From the human T2T-CHM13v2.0 reference genome, Homo sapiens: 64,000 nt of DNA. Under the pieces are notes generated by a model that saw nothing but the letters and a program-made list of their open reading frames with translations, was not told where the DNA came from and ran no database searches. Shown piece by piece: positions 26,401-41,400 of this stretch. The stretch's first letter is position 1, and the number at the start of each line of letters is the position of its first letter. The stretch lies in NCBI RefSeq assembly GCF_009914755.1, contig NC_060927.1; one strand, 5' to 3'. The translations under genes and the position numbers were made by a program.

Positions 26401-29400
26401 CATACATCCCAAAAGAAGTTACTGAGAATTCTTCTGTCTAGCATTATGTGAAGAAATCCCGTTTCCAACGAAAGCCTCAAAGAGGTCCAAATATCCAGTT
26501 GCAGAATTTACAAACTGACTGTTTCCAAACTCATCTATGAAAAGAAAGGTTAAACTCTGTGAGTTGAATGCACATATCACAAAGTAGTTCCTGAGAATGA
26601 TTCTGTCTAGTTTTTATACGAAGATATTTCCTTTTCCACCAATGGCCTCAAAGTGCTTGAAATCTCCCCTTGCAAATTCCACAGACAAGTGTTTCAAATC
26701 TGCACTGTCTAAAGGAAGGTTCAACCCTGTGAGTTGAATACACACACACAGAAAAAAATTCACTGAGAATTCTATTGTCTATCATTACACGAAGAAATCC
26801 CGTTTACTACGAAGGCCTCAAAGAGGTCCAAATATCCAGCTGCAGACATTACAAACTGAGTGTTTCCAAAGTGCTCTATGAAAAGAAGTGTTAAACACTG
26901 TGAGTTCAATGCACACATCCCAAAGCAGTTTCTGAGAATGATTCCGTCTATTTTTTCTACGAAGATATTTCCTTTTCTACCGTTGGCCTCAAAGCGCTTG
27001 AAATCTCCACTTGCAAATTCCACAAAAAGAGAGTTTCAAATCTGCTCTGTCTAAAGGAAGGTTCCACTCTGTGAGTTGAATACACACCACAAAAAGAAGT
27101 TACTGAGAATTCTTCTGTCTAGCATTATATGAAAAATCCCGTTTCCAACGAAGGCCACAAAGAGGTCCAAATATCCACTTGCAGATTCTGCAAAAAGAGT
27201 GTTTCCAAACTGCTCTATGAAAAGAATCGTTAAACTCTGTGAGTTGAACGCAAACATCACAAAGTAGTTTCTGAGAATGACTCCGTCTAGTTTTTATACG
27301 AAGATATTTCCTTTTCTACCATTCACTTCAAAGCGCTTGAAGTCTCCCCCTGAAAATTCCACAAAAAGTGTTTCCAATCTGCTCCGCCTAAAGGAAGCTT
27401 CAACTCTGTGAGTTGAATACCCACAACCCAAAGAAGTTACTGAGAATTCTTCTGTCTAGCATTATATGAAGAAATCCCGTTTCCAACGAAGGCCTCAAAT
27501 ACATCCAAATATCCAGTTGCTGACTTTACAAACTGAGTGTTTCCAAACTGCTCTATGAAAAGAAAGGTTAAACACTGTGAGTTGAACACACACGTACCAA
27601 AGTAGTTTCTGAGAATGATTCTGTCTAGTTTGCATACGAAGATATTTCCTTTTCTACCATTGGCCTCAAAGCTCTGAAATCTCCACTTGCAAATTCCACA
27701 AAAAGAGAGTTTCAAATCTGCTGTTTCTAAAGGAAAGTTCAACTCTGAGAGTTGAATACACACCAGAAAAAGCAGTTACTGAGAAGTCTTCTGTCTAGCA
27801 TTATATGAAGAAATCCCATTTCCAACGAAGACTTCAAAGAGGTCCAAATATCCACTTGCAGATTCTGCAAAAAGAGTGTTTCGAAACAACTGTATGAAAA
27901 GAAAGGTTAAACACTGTGAGTTGAACGCACACATTGCAAATCAGTTTCTGAGAATGATTCCGTCTAATTATTATACGAAGGTATTTCCTTTTCTATCATT
28001 GGCCTCAAAGCGCTTGATACCTCCACCTGAAAATTCCACAAAAAGAGTGTTTCCAATCTACTCTGTCTAAAGGAAGGTTCAACTCTGTGAGTTGAATACA
28101 CACACACAGAAAGAATTCACTGAGAATTCTTCTGTCTGGCATTACATGAAGAAATCCCGTTTCCAACGAAGGCCTCAAAGAGGTCCAAATATCCACTTGC
28201 AGATTCTGCAAAAAGAGTGTTTCAAAACCGCTCCATTAAAAGGAATGTTGAACTCTGTGAGTTGAATGCAAACATCACAACTCAGTTTCTGAGAATGCTT
28301 CTGACTAGATTTTATGGTAAGATATTTCCTTTTCTACCGTAGGCTTCAATGCCCTCTAAATACACCCTTGCAAATTCTACAAACAGACTGTTTCATAACT
28401 GCTCTATAGGAAGAAAGGTTCAACTCTGTGAGTTGAATGCAGAGATCACAACGTGGTTTCTGCGAATGATTCTTTGTAGTTTTTACATGAAGATATTTCG
28501 TTGTCAACCGTAGGCTTCAAAGCACTCAAAGTATTCACTTGGAACTTTTACAAAAAGAGTGTTAGAAAACTGCTCTTTCCAAAGTAAGGTTCAACTCTGT
28601 GAGTTGAATGCACACATAACAATCAAGAAGTTTCTGAGAATTCTTCTGTCCTGGTTTATATGAAAAAATCCCGTTTCCAACGAAGGCCTCAAAGACGTTT
28701 AAATATCCACTTGCAGACTTCACAAACAGAGTGTTTCCAAACTGCTCTATGAAAAGAAAGGTTAAACTCTGTGAGTTGAACGCACACATCACAAAGTAGT
28801 TTCTGAGAATGATACTGTCTAGTTTTTATACGAAGATATTTCCTTTCTACCATTGGCGTCAAAGCGCTAGAATTCTCCACTTGCAAATTCCACAAAAAGA
28901 GTGTTTCCAATCTGCTCTGTCTAAAGGAAGGTTCAACTCTGTGAGTTGAATACACACACACAAAGAAGCTACTGAGAATTCTTTTGTCAAGAATTATAAG
29001 AAGAAATCCCGTTTCCAACGAAGGCCTCAAAGAGTTCCAAATATCCACTTGCACACTGCACAAACTAAGTCTTTCCAAACTGCTCTATGCAAAGAAATGT
29101 TCAACTCTGTGAGTTTAATACACACATCACAAAGCAGTTTCTGACAATGATACTGTCTAGTTTTTATACGAAGATATTTCCTTTTGTACCATTGGCCTCA
29201 TACTGCTAGAATTTTCCACTTGCAAATTCCACAAAAAGAGTGTTTCCAATCCGCTCTGTCTAAAGGAAGGTTCAACTCTCTGATTTGAATACATACATCC
29301 CAAAAGAAGTTACTGAGAATTCTTCTGTCTAGCATTATGTGAAGAAATCCCGTTTCCAACGAAAGCCTCAAAGAGGTCCAAATATCCAGTTGCAGAATTT

Positions 29401-32400
29401 ACAAACTGACTGTTTCCAAACTCATCTATGAAAAGAAAGGTTAAACTCTGTGAGTTGAATGCACATATCACAAAGTAGTTCCTGAGAATGATTCTGTCTA
29501 GTTTTTATACGAAGATATTTCCTTTTCCACCAATGGCCTCAAAGTGCTTGAAATCTCCCCTTGCAAATTCCACAGACAAGTGTTTCAAATCTGCACTGTC
29601 TAAAGGAAGGTTCAACCCTGTGAGTTGAATACACACACACAGAAAAAAATTCACTGAGAATTCTATTGTCTATCATTACACGAAGAAATCCCGTTTACTA
29701 CGAAGGCCTCAAAGAGGTCCAAATATCCAGCTGCAGACATTACAAACTGAGTGTTTCCAAAGTGCTCTATGAAAAGAAGTGTTAAACACTGTGAGTTCAA
29801 TGCACACATCCCAAAGCAGTTTCTGAGAATGATTCCGTCTATTTTTTCTACGAAGATATTTCCTTTTCTACCGTTGGCCTCAAAGCGCTTGAAATCTCCA
29901 CTTGCAAATTCCACAAAAAGAGAGTTTCAAATCTGCTCTGTCTAAAGGAAGGTTCCACTCTGTGAGTTGAATACACACCACAAAAAGAAGTTACTGAGAA
30001 TTCTTCTGTCTAGCATTATATGAAAAATCCCGTTTCCAACGAAGGCCACAAAGAGGTCCAAATATCCACTTGCAGATTCTGCAAAAAGAGTGTTTCCAAA
30101 CTGCTCTATGAAAAGAATCGTTAAACTCTGTGAGTTGAACGCAAACATCACAAAGTAGTTTCTGAGAATGACTCCGTCTAGTTTTTATACGAAGATATTT
30201 CCTTTTCTACCATTCACTTCAAAGCGCTTGAAGTCTCCCCCTGAAAATTCCACAAAAAGTGTTTCCAATCTGCTCCGCCTAAAGGAAGCTTCAACTCTGT
30301 GAGTTGAATACCCACAACCCAAAGAAGTTACTGAGAATTCTTCTGTCTAGCATTATATGAAGAAATCCCGTTTCCAACGAAGGCCTCAAATACATCCAAA
30401 TATCCAGTTGCTGACTTTACAAACTGAGTGTTTCCAAACTGCTCTATGAAAAGAAAGGTTAAACACTGTGAGTTGAACACACACGTACCAAAGTAGTTTC
30501 TGAGAATGATTCTGTCTAGTTTGCATACGAAGATATTTCCTTTTCTACCATTGGCCTCAAAGCTCTGAAATCTCCACTTGCAAATTCCACAAAAAGACAG
30601 TTTCAAATCTGCTGTTTCTAAAGGAAAGTTCAACTCTGAGAGTTGAATACACACCAGAAAAAGCAGTTACTGAGAAGTCTTCTGTCTAGCATTATATGAA
30701 GAAATCCCATTTCCAACGAAGACTTCAAAGAGGTCCAAATATCCACTTGCAGATTCTGCAAAAAGAGTGTTTCGAAACAACTGTATGAAAAGAAAGGTTA
30801 AACACTGTGAGTTGAACGCACACATTGCAAATCAGTTTCTGAGAATGATTCCGTCTAATTATTATACGAAGGTATTTCCTTTTCTATCATTGGCCTCAAA
30901 GCGCTTGATACCTCCACCTGAAAATTCCACAAAAAGAGTGTTTCCAATCTACTCTGTCTAAAGGAAGGTTCAACTCTGTGAGTTGAATACACACACACAG
31001 AAAGAATTCACTGAGAATTCTTCTGTCTGGCATTACATGAAGAAATCCCGTTTCCAACGAAGGCCTCAAAGAGGTCCAAATATCCACTTGCAGATTCTGC
31101 AAAAAGAGTGTTTCAAAACCGCTCCATTAAAAGGAATGTTGAACTCTGTGAGTTGAATGCAAACATCACAACTCAGTTTCTGAGAATGCTTCTGACTAGA
31201 TTTTATGGTAAGATATTTCCTTTTCTACCGTAGGCTTCAATGCCCTCTAAATACACCCTTGCAAATTCTACAAACAGACTGTTTCATAACTGCTCTATAG
31301 GAAGAAAGGTTCAACTCTGTGAGTTGAATGCAGAGATCACAACGTGGTTTCTGCGAATGATTCTTTGTAGTTTTTACATGAAGATATTTCGTTGTCAACC
31401 GTAGGCTTCAAAGCACTCAAAGTATTCACTTGGAACTTTTACAAAAAGAGTGTTAGAAAACTGCTCTTTCCAAAGTAAGGTTCAACTCTGTGAGTTGAAT
31501 GCACACATAACAATCAAGAAGTTTCTGAGAATTCTTCTGTCCTGGTTTATATGAAAAAATCCCGTTTCCAACGAAGGCCTCAAAGACGTTTAAATATCCA
31601 CTTGCAGACTTCACAAACAGAGTGTTTCCAAACTGCTCTATGAAAAGAAAGGTTAAACTCTGTGAGTTGAACGCACACATCACAAAGTAGTTTCTGAGAA
31701 TGATACTGTCTAGTTTTTATACGAAGATATTTCCTTTCTACCATTGGCGTCAAAGCGCTAGAATTCTCCACTTGCAAATTCCACAAAAAGAGTGTTTCCA
31801 ATCTGCTCTGTCTAAAGGAAGGTTCAACTCTGTGAGTTGAATACACACACACAAAGAAGCTACTGAGAATTCTTTTGTCAAGAATTATAAGAAGAAATCC
31901 CGTTTCCAACGAAGGCCTCAAAGAGTTCCAAATATCCACTTGCACACTGCACAAACTAAGTCTTTCCAAACTGCTCTATGCAAAGAAATGTTCAACTCTG
32001 TGAGTTTAATACACACATCACAAAGCAGTTTCTGACAATGATACTGTCTAGTTTTTATACGAAGATATTTCCTTTTGTACCATTGGCCTCATACTGCTAG
32101 AATTTTCCACTTGCAAATTCCACAAAAAGAGTGTTTCCAATCCGCTCTGTCTAAAGGAAGGTTCAACTCTCTGATTTGAATACATACATCCCAAAAGAAG
32201 TTACTGAGAATTCTTCTGTCTAGCATTATGTGAAGAAATCCCGTTTCCAACGAAAGCCTCAAAGAGGTCCAAATATCCAGTTGCAGAATTTACAAACTGA
32301 CTGTTTCCAAACTCATCTATGAAAAGAAAGGTTAAACTCTGTGAGTTGAATGCACATATCACAAAGTAGTTCCTGAGAATGATTCTGTCTAGTTTTTATA

Positions 32401-35400
32401 CGAAGATATTTCCTTTTCCACCAATGGCCTCAAAGTGCTTGAAATCTCCCCTTGCAAATTCCACAGACAAGTGTTTCAAATCTGCACTGTCTAAAGGAAG
32501 GTTCAACCCTGTGAGTTGAATACACACACACAGAAAAAAATTCACTGAGAATTCTATTGTCTATCATTACACGAAGAAATCCCGTTTACTACGAAGGCCT
32601 CAAAGAGGTCCAAATATCCAGCTGCAGACATTACAAACTGAGTGTTTCCAAAGTGCTCTATGAAAAGAAGTGTTAAACACTGTGAGTTCAATGCACACAT
32701 CCCAAAGCAGTTTCTGAGAATGATTCCGTCTATTTTTTCTACGAAGATATTTCCTTTTCTACCGTTGGCCTCAAAGCGCTTGAAATCTCCACTTGCAAAT
32801 TCCACAAAAAGAGAGTTTCAAATCTGCTCTGTCTAAAGGAAGGTTCAACTCTGTGAGTTGAATACACACCACAAAAAGAAGTTACTGAGAATTCTTCTGT
32901 CTAGCATTATATGAAAAATCCCGTTTCCAACGAAGGCCACAAAGAGGTCCAAATATCCACTTGCAGATTCTGCAAAAAGAGTGTTTCCAAACTGCTCTAT
33001 GAAAAGAATCGTTAAACTCTGTGAGTTGAACGCAAACATCACAAAGTAGTTTCTGAGAATGACTCCGTCTAGTTTTTATACGAAGATATTTCCTTTTCTA
33101 CCATTCACTTCAAAGCGCTTGAAGTCTCCCCCTGAAAATTCCACAAAAAGTGTTTCCAATCTGCTCCGCCTAAAGGAAGCTTCAACTCTGTGAGTTGAAT
33201 ACACACAACCCAAAGAAGTTACTGAGAATTCTTCTGTCTAGCATTATATGAAGAAATCCCGTTTCCAACGAAGGCCTCAAATACATCCAAATATCCAGTT
33301 GCTGACTTTACAAACTGAGTGTTTCCAAACTGCTCTATGAAAAGAAAGGTTAAACACTGTGAGTTGAACACACACGTACCAAAGTAGTTTCTGAGAATGA
33401 TTCTGTCTAGTTTGCATACGAAGATATTTCCTTTTCTACCATTGGCCTCAAAGCTCTGAAATCTCCACTTGCAAATTCCACAAAAAGAGAGTTTCAAATC
33501 TGCTGTTTCTAAAGGAAAGTTCAACTCTGAGAGTTGAATACACACCAGAAAAAGCAGTTACTGAGAAGTCTTCTGTCTAGCATTATATGAAGAAATCCCA
33601 TTTCCAACGAAGACTTCAAAGAGGTCCAAATATCCACTTGCAGATTCTGCAAAAAGAGTGTTTCGAAACAACTGTATGAAAAGAAAGGTTAAACACTGTG
33701 AGTTGAACGCACACATTGCAAAGCAGTTTCTGAGAATGATTCCGTCTAATTATTATACGAAGGTATTTCCTTTTCTATCATTGGCCTCAAAGCGCTTGAT
33801 ACCTCCACCTGAAAATTCCACAAAAAGAGTGTTTCCAATCTACTCTGTCTAAAGGAACGTTCAACTCTGTGAGTTGAATACACACACACAGAAAGAATTC
33901 ACTGAGAATTCTTCTGTCTGGCATTACATGAAGAAATCCCGTTTCCAACGAAGGCCTCAAAGAGGTCCAAATATCCACTTGCAGATTCTGCAAAAAGAGT
34001 GTTTCAAAACCGCTCCATGAAAAGGAATGTTGAACTCTGTGAGTTGAATGCAAACATCACAACTCAGTTTCTGAGAATGCTTCTGACTAGATTTTATGGT
34101 AAGATATTTCCTTTTCTACCGTAGGCTTCAATGCCCTCTAAATACACCCTTGCAAATTCTACAAAGAGACTGTTTCATAACTGCTCTATAGGAAGAAAGG
34201 TTCAACTCTGTGAGTTGAATGCAGAGATCACAACGTGGTTTCTGCGAATGATTCTTTGTAGTTTTTACATGAAGATATTTCGTTGTCAACCGTAGGCTTC
34301 AAAGCACTCAAAGTATTCACTTGGAACTTTTACAAAAAGAGTGTTAGAAAACTGCTCTTTCCAAAGTAAGGTTCAACTCTGTGAGTTGAATGCACACATA
34401 ACAATCAAGAAGTTTCTGAGAATTCTTCTGTCCTGGTTTATATGAAAAAATCCCGTTTCCAACGAAGGCCTCAAAGACGTTTAAATATCCACTTGCAGAC
34501 TTCACAAACAGAGTGTTTCCAAACTGCTCTATGAAAAGAAAGGTTAAACTCTGTGAGTTGAACGCACACATCACAAAGTAGTTTCTGAGAATGATACTGT
34601 CTAGTTTTTATACGAAGATATTTCCTTTCTACCATTGGCGTCAAAGCGCTAGAATTCTCCACTTGCAAATTCCACAAAAAGAGTGTTTCCAATCTGCTCT
34701 GTCTAAAGGAAGGTTCAACTCTGTGAGTTGAATACACACACACAAAGAAGCTACTGAGAATTCTTTTGTCAAGAATTATAAGAAGAAATCCCGTTTCCAA
34801 CGAAGGCCTCAAAGAGTTCCAAATATCCACTTGCACACTGCACAAACTAAGTCTTTCCAAACTGCTCTATGCAAAGAAATGTTCAACTCTGTGAGTTTAA
34901 TACACACATCACAAAGCAGTTTCTGAGAATGATACTGTCTAGTTTTTATACGAAGATATTTCCTTTTGTACCATTGGCCTCATACTGCTAGAATTTTCCA
35001 CTTGCAAATTCCACAAAAAGAGTGTTTCCAATCCGCTCTGTCTAAAGGAAGGTTCAACTCTCTGATTTGAATACATACATCCCAAAAGAAGTTACTGAGA
35101 ATTCTTCTGTCTAGCATTATGTGAAGAAATCCCGTTTCCAACGAAAGCCTCAAAGAGGTCCAAATATCCAGTTGCAGAATTTACAAACTGACTGTTTCCA
35201 AACTCATCTATGAAAAGAAAGGTTAAACTCTGTGAGTTGAATGCACATATCACAAAGTAGTTCCTGAGAATGATTCTGTCTAGTTTTTATACGAAGATAT
35301 TTCCTTTTCCACCAATGGCCTCAAAGTGCTTGAAATCTCCCCTTGCAAATTCCACAGACAAGTGTTTCAAATCTGCACTGTCTAAAGGAAGGTTCAACCC

Positions 35401-38400
35401 TGTGAGTTGAATACACACACACAGAAAAAAATTCACTGAGAATTCTATTGTCTATCATTACACGAAGAAATCCCGTTTACTACGAAGGCCTCAAAGAGGT
35501 CCAAATATCCAGCTGCAGACATTACAAACTGAGTGTTTCCAAAGTGCTCTATGAAAAGAAGTGTTAAACACTGTGAGTTCAATGCACACATCCCAAAGCA
35601 GTTTCTGAGAATGATTCCGTCTATTTTTTCTACGAAGATATTTCCTTTTCTACCGTTGGCCTCAAAGCGCTTGAAATCTCCACTTGCAAATTCCACAAAA
35701 AGAGAGTTTCAAATCTGCTCTGTCTAAAGGAAGGTTCAACTCTGTGAGTTGAATACACACCACAAAAAGAAGTTACTGAGAATTCTTCTGTCTAGCATTA
35801 TATGAAAAATCCCGTTTCCAACGAAGGCCACAAAGAGGTCCAAATATCCACTTGCAGATTCTGCAAAAAGAGTGTTTCCAAACTGCTCTATGAAAAGAAA
35901 CGTTAAACTCTGTGAGTTGAACGCAAACATCACAAAGTAGTTTCTGAGAATGACTCCGTCTAGTTTTTATACGAAGATATTTCCTTTTCTACCATTCACT
36001 TCAAAGCGCTTGAAGTCTCCCCCTGAAAATTCCACAAAAAGTGTTTCCAATCTGCTCCGCCTAAAGGAAGCTTCAACTCTGTGAGTTGAATACCCACAAC
36101 CCAAAGAAGTTACTGAGAATTCTTCTGTCTAGCATTATATGAAGAAATCCCGTTTCCAACGAAGGCCTCAAATACATCCAAATATCCAGTTGCTGACTTT
36201 ACAAACTGAGTGTTTCCAAACTGCTCTATGAAAAGAAAGGTTAAACACTGTGAGTTGAACACACACGTACCAAAGTAGTTTCTGAGAATGATTCTGTCTA
36301 GTTTGCATACGAAGATATTTCCTTTTCTACCATTGGCCTCAAAGCTTTGAAATCTCCACTTGCAAATTCCACAAAAAGAGAGTTTCAAATCTGCTGTTTC
36401 TAAAGGAAAGTTCAACTCTGAGAGTTGAATACACACCAGAAAAAGCAGTTACTGAGAAGTCTTCTGTCTAGCATTATATGAAGAAATCCCATTTCCAACG
36501 AAGACTTCAAAGAGGTCCAAATATCCACTTGCAGATTCTGCAAAAAGAGTGTTTCGAAACAACTGTATGAAAAGAAAGGTTAAACACTGTGAGTTGAACG
36601 CACACATTGCAAAGCAGTTTCTGAGAATGATTCCGTCTAATTATTATACGAAGGTATTTCCTTTTCTATCATTGGCCTCAAAGCGCTTGATACCTCCACC
36701 TGAAAATTCCACAAAAAGAGTGTTTCCAATCTACTCTGTCTAAAGGAACGTTCAACTCTGTGAGTTGAATACACACACACAGAAAGAATTCACTGAGAAT
36801 TCTTCTGTCTGGCATTACATGAAGAAATCCCGTTTCCAACGAAGGCCTCAAAGAGGTCCAAATATCCACTTGCAGATTCTGCAAAAAGAGTGTTTCAAAA
36901 CCGCTCCATGAAAAGGAATGTTGAACTCTGTGAGTTGAATGCAAACATCACAACTCAGTTTCTGAGAATGCTTCTGACTAGATTTTATGGTAAGATATTT
37001 CCTTTTCTACCGTAGGCTTCAATGCCCTCTAAATACACCCTTGCAAATTCTACAAAGAGACTGTTTCATAACTGCTCTATAGGAAGAAAGGTTCAACTCT
37101 GTGAGTTGAATGCAGAGATCACAACGTGGTTTCTGCGAATGATTCTTTGTAGTTTTTACATGAAGATATTTCGTTGTCAACCGTAGGCTTCAAAGCACTC
37201 AAAGTATTCACTTGGAACTTTTACAAAAAGAGTGTTAGAAAACTGCTCTTTCCAAAGTAAGGTTCAACTCTGTGAGTTGAATGCACACATAACAATCAAG
37301 AAGTTTCTGAGAATTCTTCTGTCCTGGTTTATATGAACAAATCCCGTTTCCAACGAAGGCCTCAAAGACGTTTAAATATCCACTTGCAGACTTCACAAAC
37401 AGAGTGTTTCCAAACTGCTCTATGAAAAGAAAGGTTAAACTCTGTGAGTTGAACGCACACATCACAAAGTAGTTTCTGAGAATGATACTGTCTAGTTTTT
37501 ATACGAAGATATTTCCTTTCTACCATTGGCGTCAAAGCGCTAGAATTCTCCACTTGCAAATTCCACAAAAAGAGTGTTTCCAATCTGCTCTGTCTAAAGG
37601 AAGGTTCAACTCTGTGAGTTGAATACACACACACAAAGAAGCTACTGAGAATTCTTTTGTCAAGAATTATAAGAAGAAATCCCGTTTCCAACGAAGGCCT
37701 CAAGGAGTTCCAAATATCCACTTGCACACTGCACAAACTAAGTCTTTCCAAACTGCTCTATGCAAAGAAATGTTCAACTCTGTGAGTTTAATACACACAT
37801 CACAAAGCAGTTTCTGAGAATGATACTGTCTAGTTTTTATACGAAGATATTTCCTTTTGTACCATTGGCCTCATACTGCTAGAATTTTCCACTTGCAAAT
37901 TCCACAAAAAGAGTGTTTCCAATCCGCTCTGTCTAAAGGAAGGTTCAACTCTCTGATTTGAATACATACATCCCAAAAGAAGTTACTGAGAATTCTTCTG
38001 TCTAGCATTATGTGAAGAAATCCCGTTTCCAACGAAAGCCTCAAAGAGGTCCAAATATCCAGTTGCAGAATTTACAAACTGACTGTTTCCAAACTCATCT
38101 ATGAAAAGAAAGGTTAAACTCTGTGAGTTGAATGCACATATCACAAAGTAGTTCCTGAGAATGATTCTGTCTAGTTTTTATACGAAGATATTTCCTTTTC
38201 CACCAATGGCCTCAAAGTGCTTGAAATCTCCCCTTGCAAATTCCACAGACAAGTGTTTCAAATCTGCACTGTCTAAAGGAAGGTTCAACCCTGTGAGTTG
38301 AATACACACACACAGAAAAAAATTCACTGAGAATTCTATTGTCTATCATTACACGAAGAAATCCCGTTTACTACGAAGGCCTCAAAGAGGTCCAAATATC

Positions 38401-41400
38401 CAGCTGCAGACATTACAAACTGAGTGTTTCCAAAGTGCTCTATGAAAAGAAGTGTTAAACACTGTGAGTTCAATGCACACATCCCAAAGCAGTTTCTGAG
38501 AATGATTCCGTCTATTTTTTCTACGAAGATATTTCCTTTTCTACCGTTGGCCTCAAAGCGCTTCAAATCTCCACTTGCAAATTCCACAAAAAGAGAGTTT
38601 CAAATCTGCTCTGTCTAAAGGAAGGTTCAACTCTGTGAGTTGAATACACACCACAAAAAGAAGTTACTGAGAATTCTTCTGTCTAGCATTATATGAAAAA
38701 TCCCGTTTCCAACGAAGGCCACAAAGAGGTCCAAATATCCACTTGCAGATTCTGCAAAAAGAGTGTTTCCAAACTGCTCTATGAAAAGAATCGTTAAACT
38801 CTGTGAGTTGAACGCAAACATCACAAAGTAGTTTCTGAGAATGACTCCGTCTAGTTTTTATACGAAGATATTTCCTTTTCTACCATTCACTTCAAAGCGC
38901 TTGAAGTCTCCCCCTGAAAATTCCACAAAAAGTGTTTCCAATCTGCTCCGCCTAAAGGAAGCTTCAACTCTGTGAGTTGAATACCCACAACCCAAAGAAG
39001 TTACTGAGAATTCTTCTGTCTAGCATTATATGAAGAAATCCCGTTTCCAACGAAGGCCTCAAATACATCCAAATATCCAGTTGCTGACTTTACAAACTGA
39101 GTGTTTCCAAACTGCTCTATGAAAAGAAAGGTTAAACACTGTGAGTTGAACACACACGTACCAAAGTAGTTTCTGAGAATGATTCTGTCTAGTTTGCATA
39201 CGAACATATTTCCTTTTCTACCATTGGCCTCAAAGCTCTGAAATCTCCACTTGCAAATTCCACAAAAAGAGAGTTTCAAATCTGCTGTTTCTAAAGGAAA
39301 GTTCAACTCTGAGAGTTGAATACACACCAGAAAAAGCAGTTACTGAGAAGTCTTCTGTCTAGCATTATATGAAGAAATCCCATTTCCAACGAAGACTTCA
39401 AAGAGGTCCAAATATCCACTTGCAGATTCTGCAAAAAGAGTGTTTCGAAACAACTGTATGAAAAGAAAGGTTAAACACTGTGAGTTGAACGCACACATTG
39501 CAAATCAGTTTCTGAGAATGATTCCGTCTAATTATTATACGAAGGTATTTCCTTTTCTATCATTGGCCTCAAAGCGCTTGATACCTCCACCTGAAAATTC
39601 CACAAAAAGAGTGTTTCCAATCTACTCTGTCTAAAGGAAGGTTCAACTCTGTGAGTTGAATACACACACACAGAAAGAATTCACTGAGAATTCTTCTGTC
39701 TGGCATTACATGAAGAAATCCCGTTTCCAACGAAGGCCTCAAAGAGGTCCAAATATCCACTTGCAGATTCTGCAAAAAGAGTGTTTCAAAACCGCTCCAT
39801 GAAAAGGAATGTTGAACTCTGTGAGTTGAATGCAAACATCACAACTCAGTTTCTGAGAATGCTTCTGACTAGATTTTATGGTAAGATATTTCCTTTTCTA
39901 CCGTAGGCTTCAATGCCCTCTAAATACACCCTTGCAAATTCTACAAAGAGACTGTTTCATAACTGCTCTATAGGAAGAAAGGTTCAACTCTGTGAGTTGA
40001 ATGCAGAGATCACAACGTGGTTTCTGCGAATGATTCTTTGTAGTTTTTACATGAAGATATTTCGTTGTCAACCGTAGGCTTCAAAGCACTCAAAGTATTC
40101 ACTTGGAACTTTTACAAAAAGAGTGTTAGAAAACTGCTCTTTCCAAAGTAAGGTTCAACTCTGTGAGTTGAATGCACACATAACAATCAAGAAGTTTCTG
40201 AGAATTCTTCTGTCCTGGTTTATATGAACAAATCCCGTTTCCAACGAAGGCCTCAAAGACGTTTAAGTATCCACTTGCAGACTTCACAAACAGAGTGTTT
40301 CCAAACTGCTCTATGAAAAGAAAGGTTAAACTCTGTGAGTTGAACGCACACATCACAAAGTAGTTTCTGAGAATGATACTGTCTAGTTTTTATACGAAGA
40401 TATTTCCTTTCTACCATTGGCGTCAAAGCGCTAGAATTCTCCACTTGCAAATTCCACAAAAAGAGTGTTTCCAATCTGCTCTGTCTCAAGGAAGGTTCAA
40501 CTCTGTGAGTTGAATACACACACACAAAGAAGCTACTGAGAATTCTTTTGTCAAGAATTATAAGAAGAAATCCCGTTTCCAACGAAGGCCTCAAAGAGTT
40601 CCAAATATCCACTTGCACACTGCACAAACTAAGTCTTTCCAAACTGCTCTATGCAAAGAAATGTTCAACTCTGTGAGTTTAATACACACATCACAAAGCA
40701 GTTTCTGAGAATGATACTGTCTAGTTTTTATACGAAGATATTTCCTTTTGTACCATTGGCCTCATACTGCTAGAATTTTCCACTTGCAAATTCCACAAAA
40801 AGAGTGTTTCCAATCCGCTCTGTCTAAAGGAAGGTTCAACTCTCTGATTTGAATACATACATCCCAAAAGAAGTTACTGAGAATTCTTCTGTCTAGCATT
40901 ATGTGAAGAAATCCCGTTTCCAACGAAAGCCTCAAAGAGGTCCAAATATCCAGTTGCAGAATTTACAAACTGACTGTTTCCAAACTCATCTATGAAAAGA
41001 AAGGTTAAACTCTGTGAGTTGAATGCACATATCACAAAGTAGTTCCTGAGAATGATTCTGTCTAGTTTTTATACGAAGATATTTCCTTTTCCACCAATGG
41101 CCTCAAAGTGCTTGAAATCTCCCCTTGCAAATTCCACAGACAAGTGTTTCAAATCTGCACTGTCTAAAGGAAGGTTCAACCCTGTGAGTTGAATACACAC
41201 ACACAGAAAAAAATTCACTGAGAATTCTATTGTCTATCATTACACGAAGAAATCCCGTTTACTACGAAGGCCTCAAAGAGGTCCAAATATCCAGCTGCAG
41301 ACATTACAAACTGAGTGTTTCCAAAGTGCTCTATGAAAAGAAGTGTTAAACACTGTGAGTTCAATGCACACATCCCAAAGCAGTTTCTGAGAATGATTCC

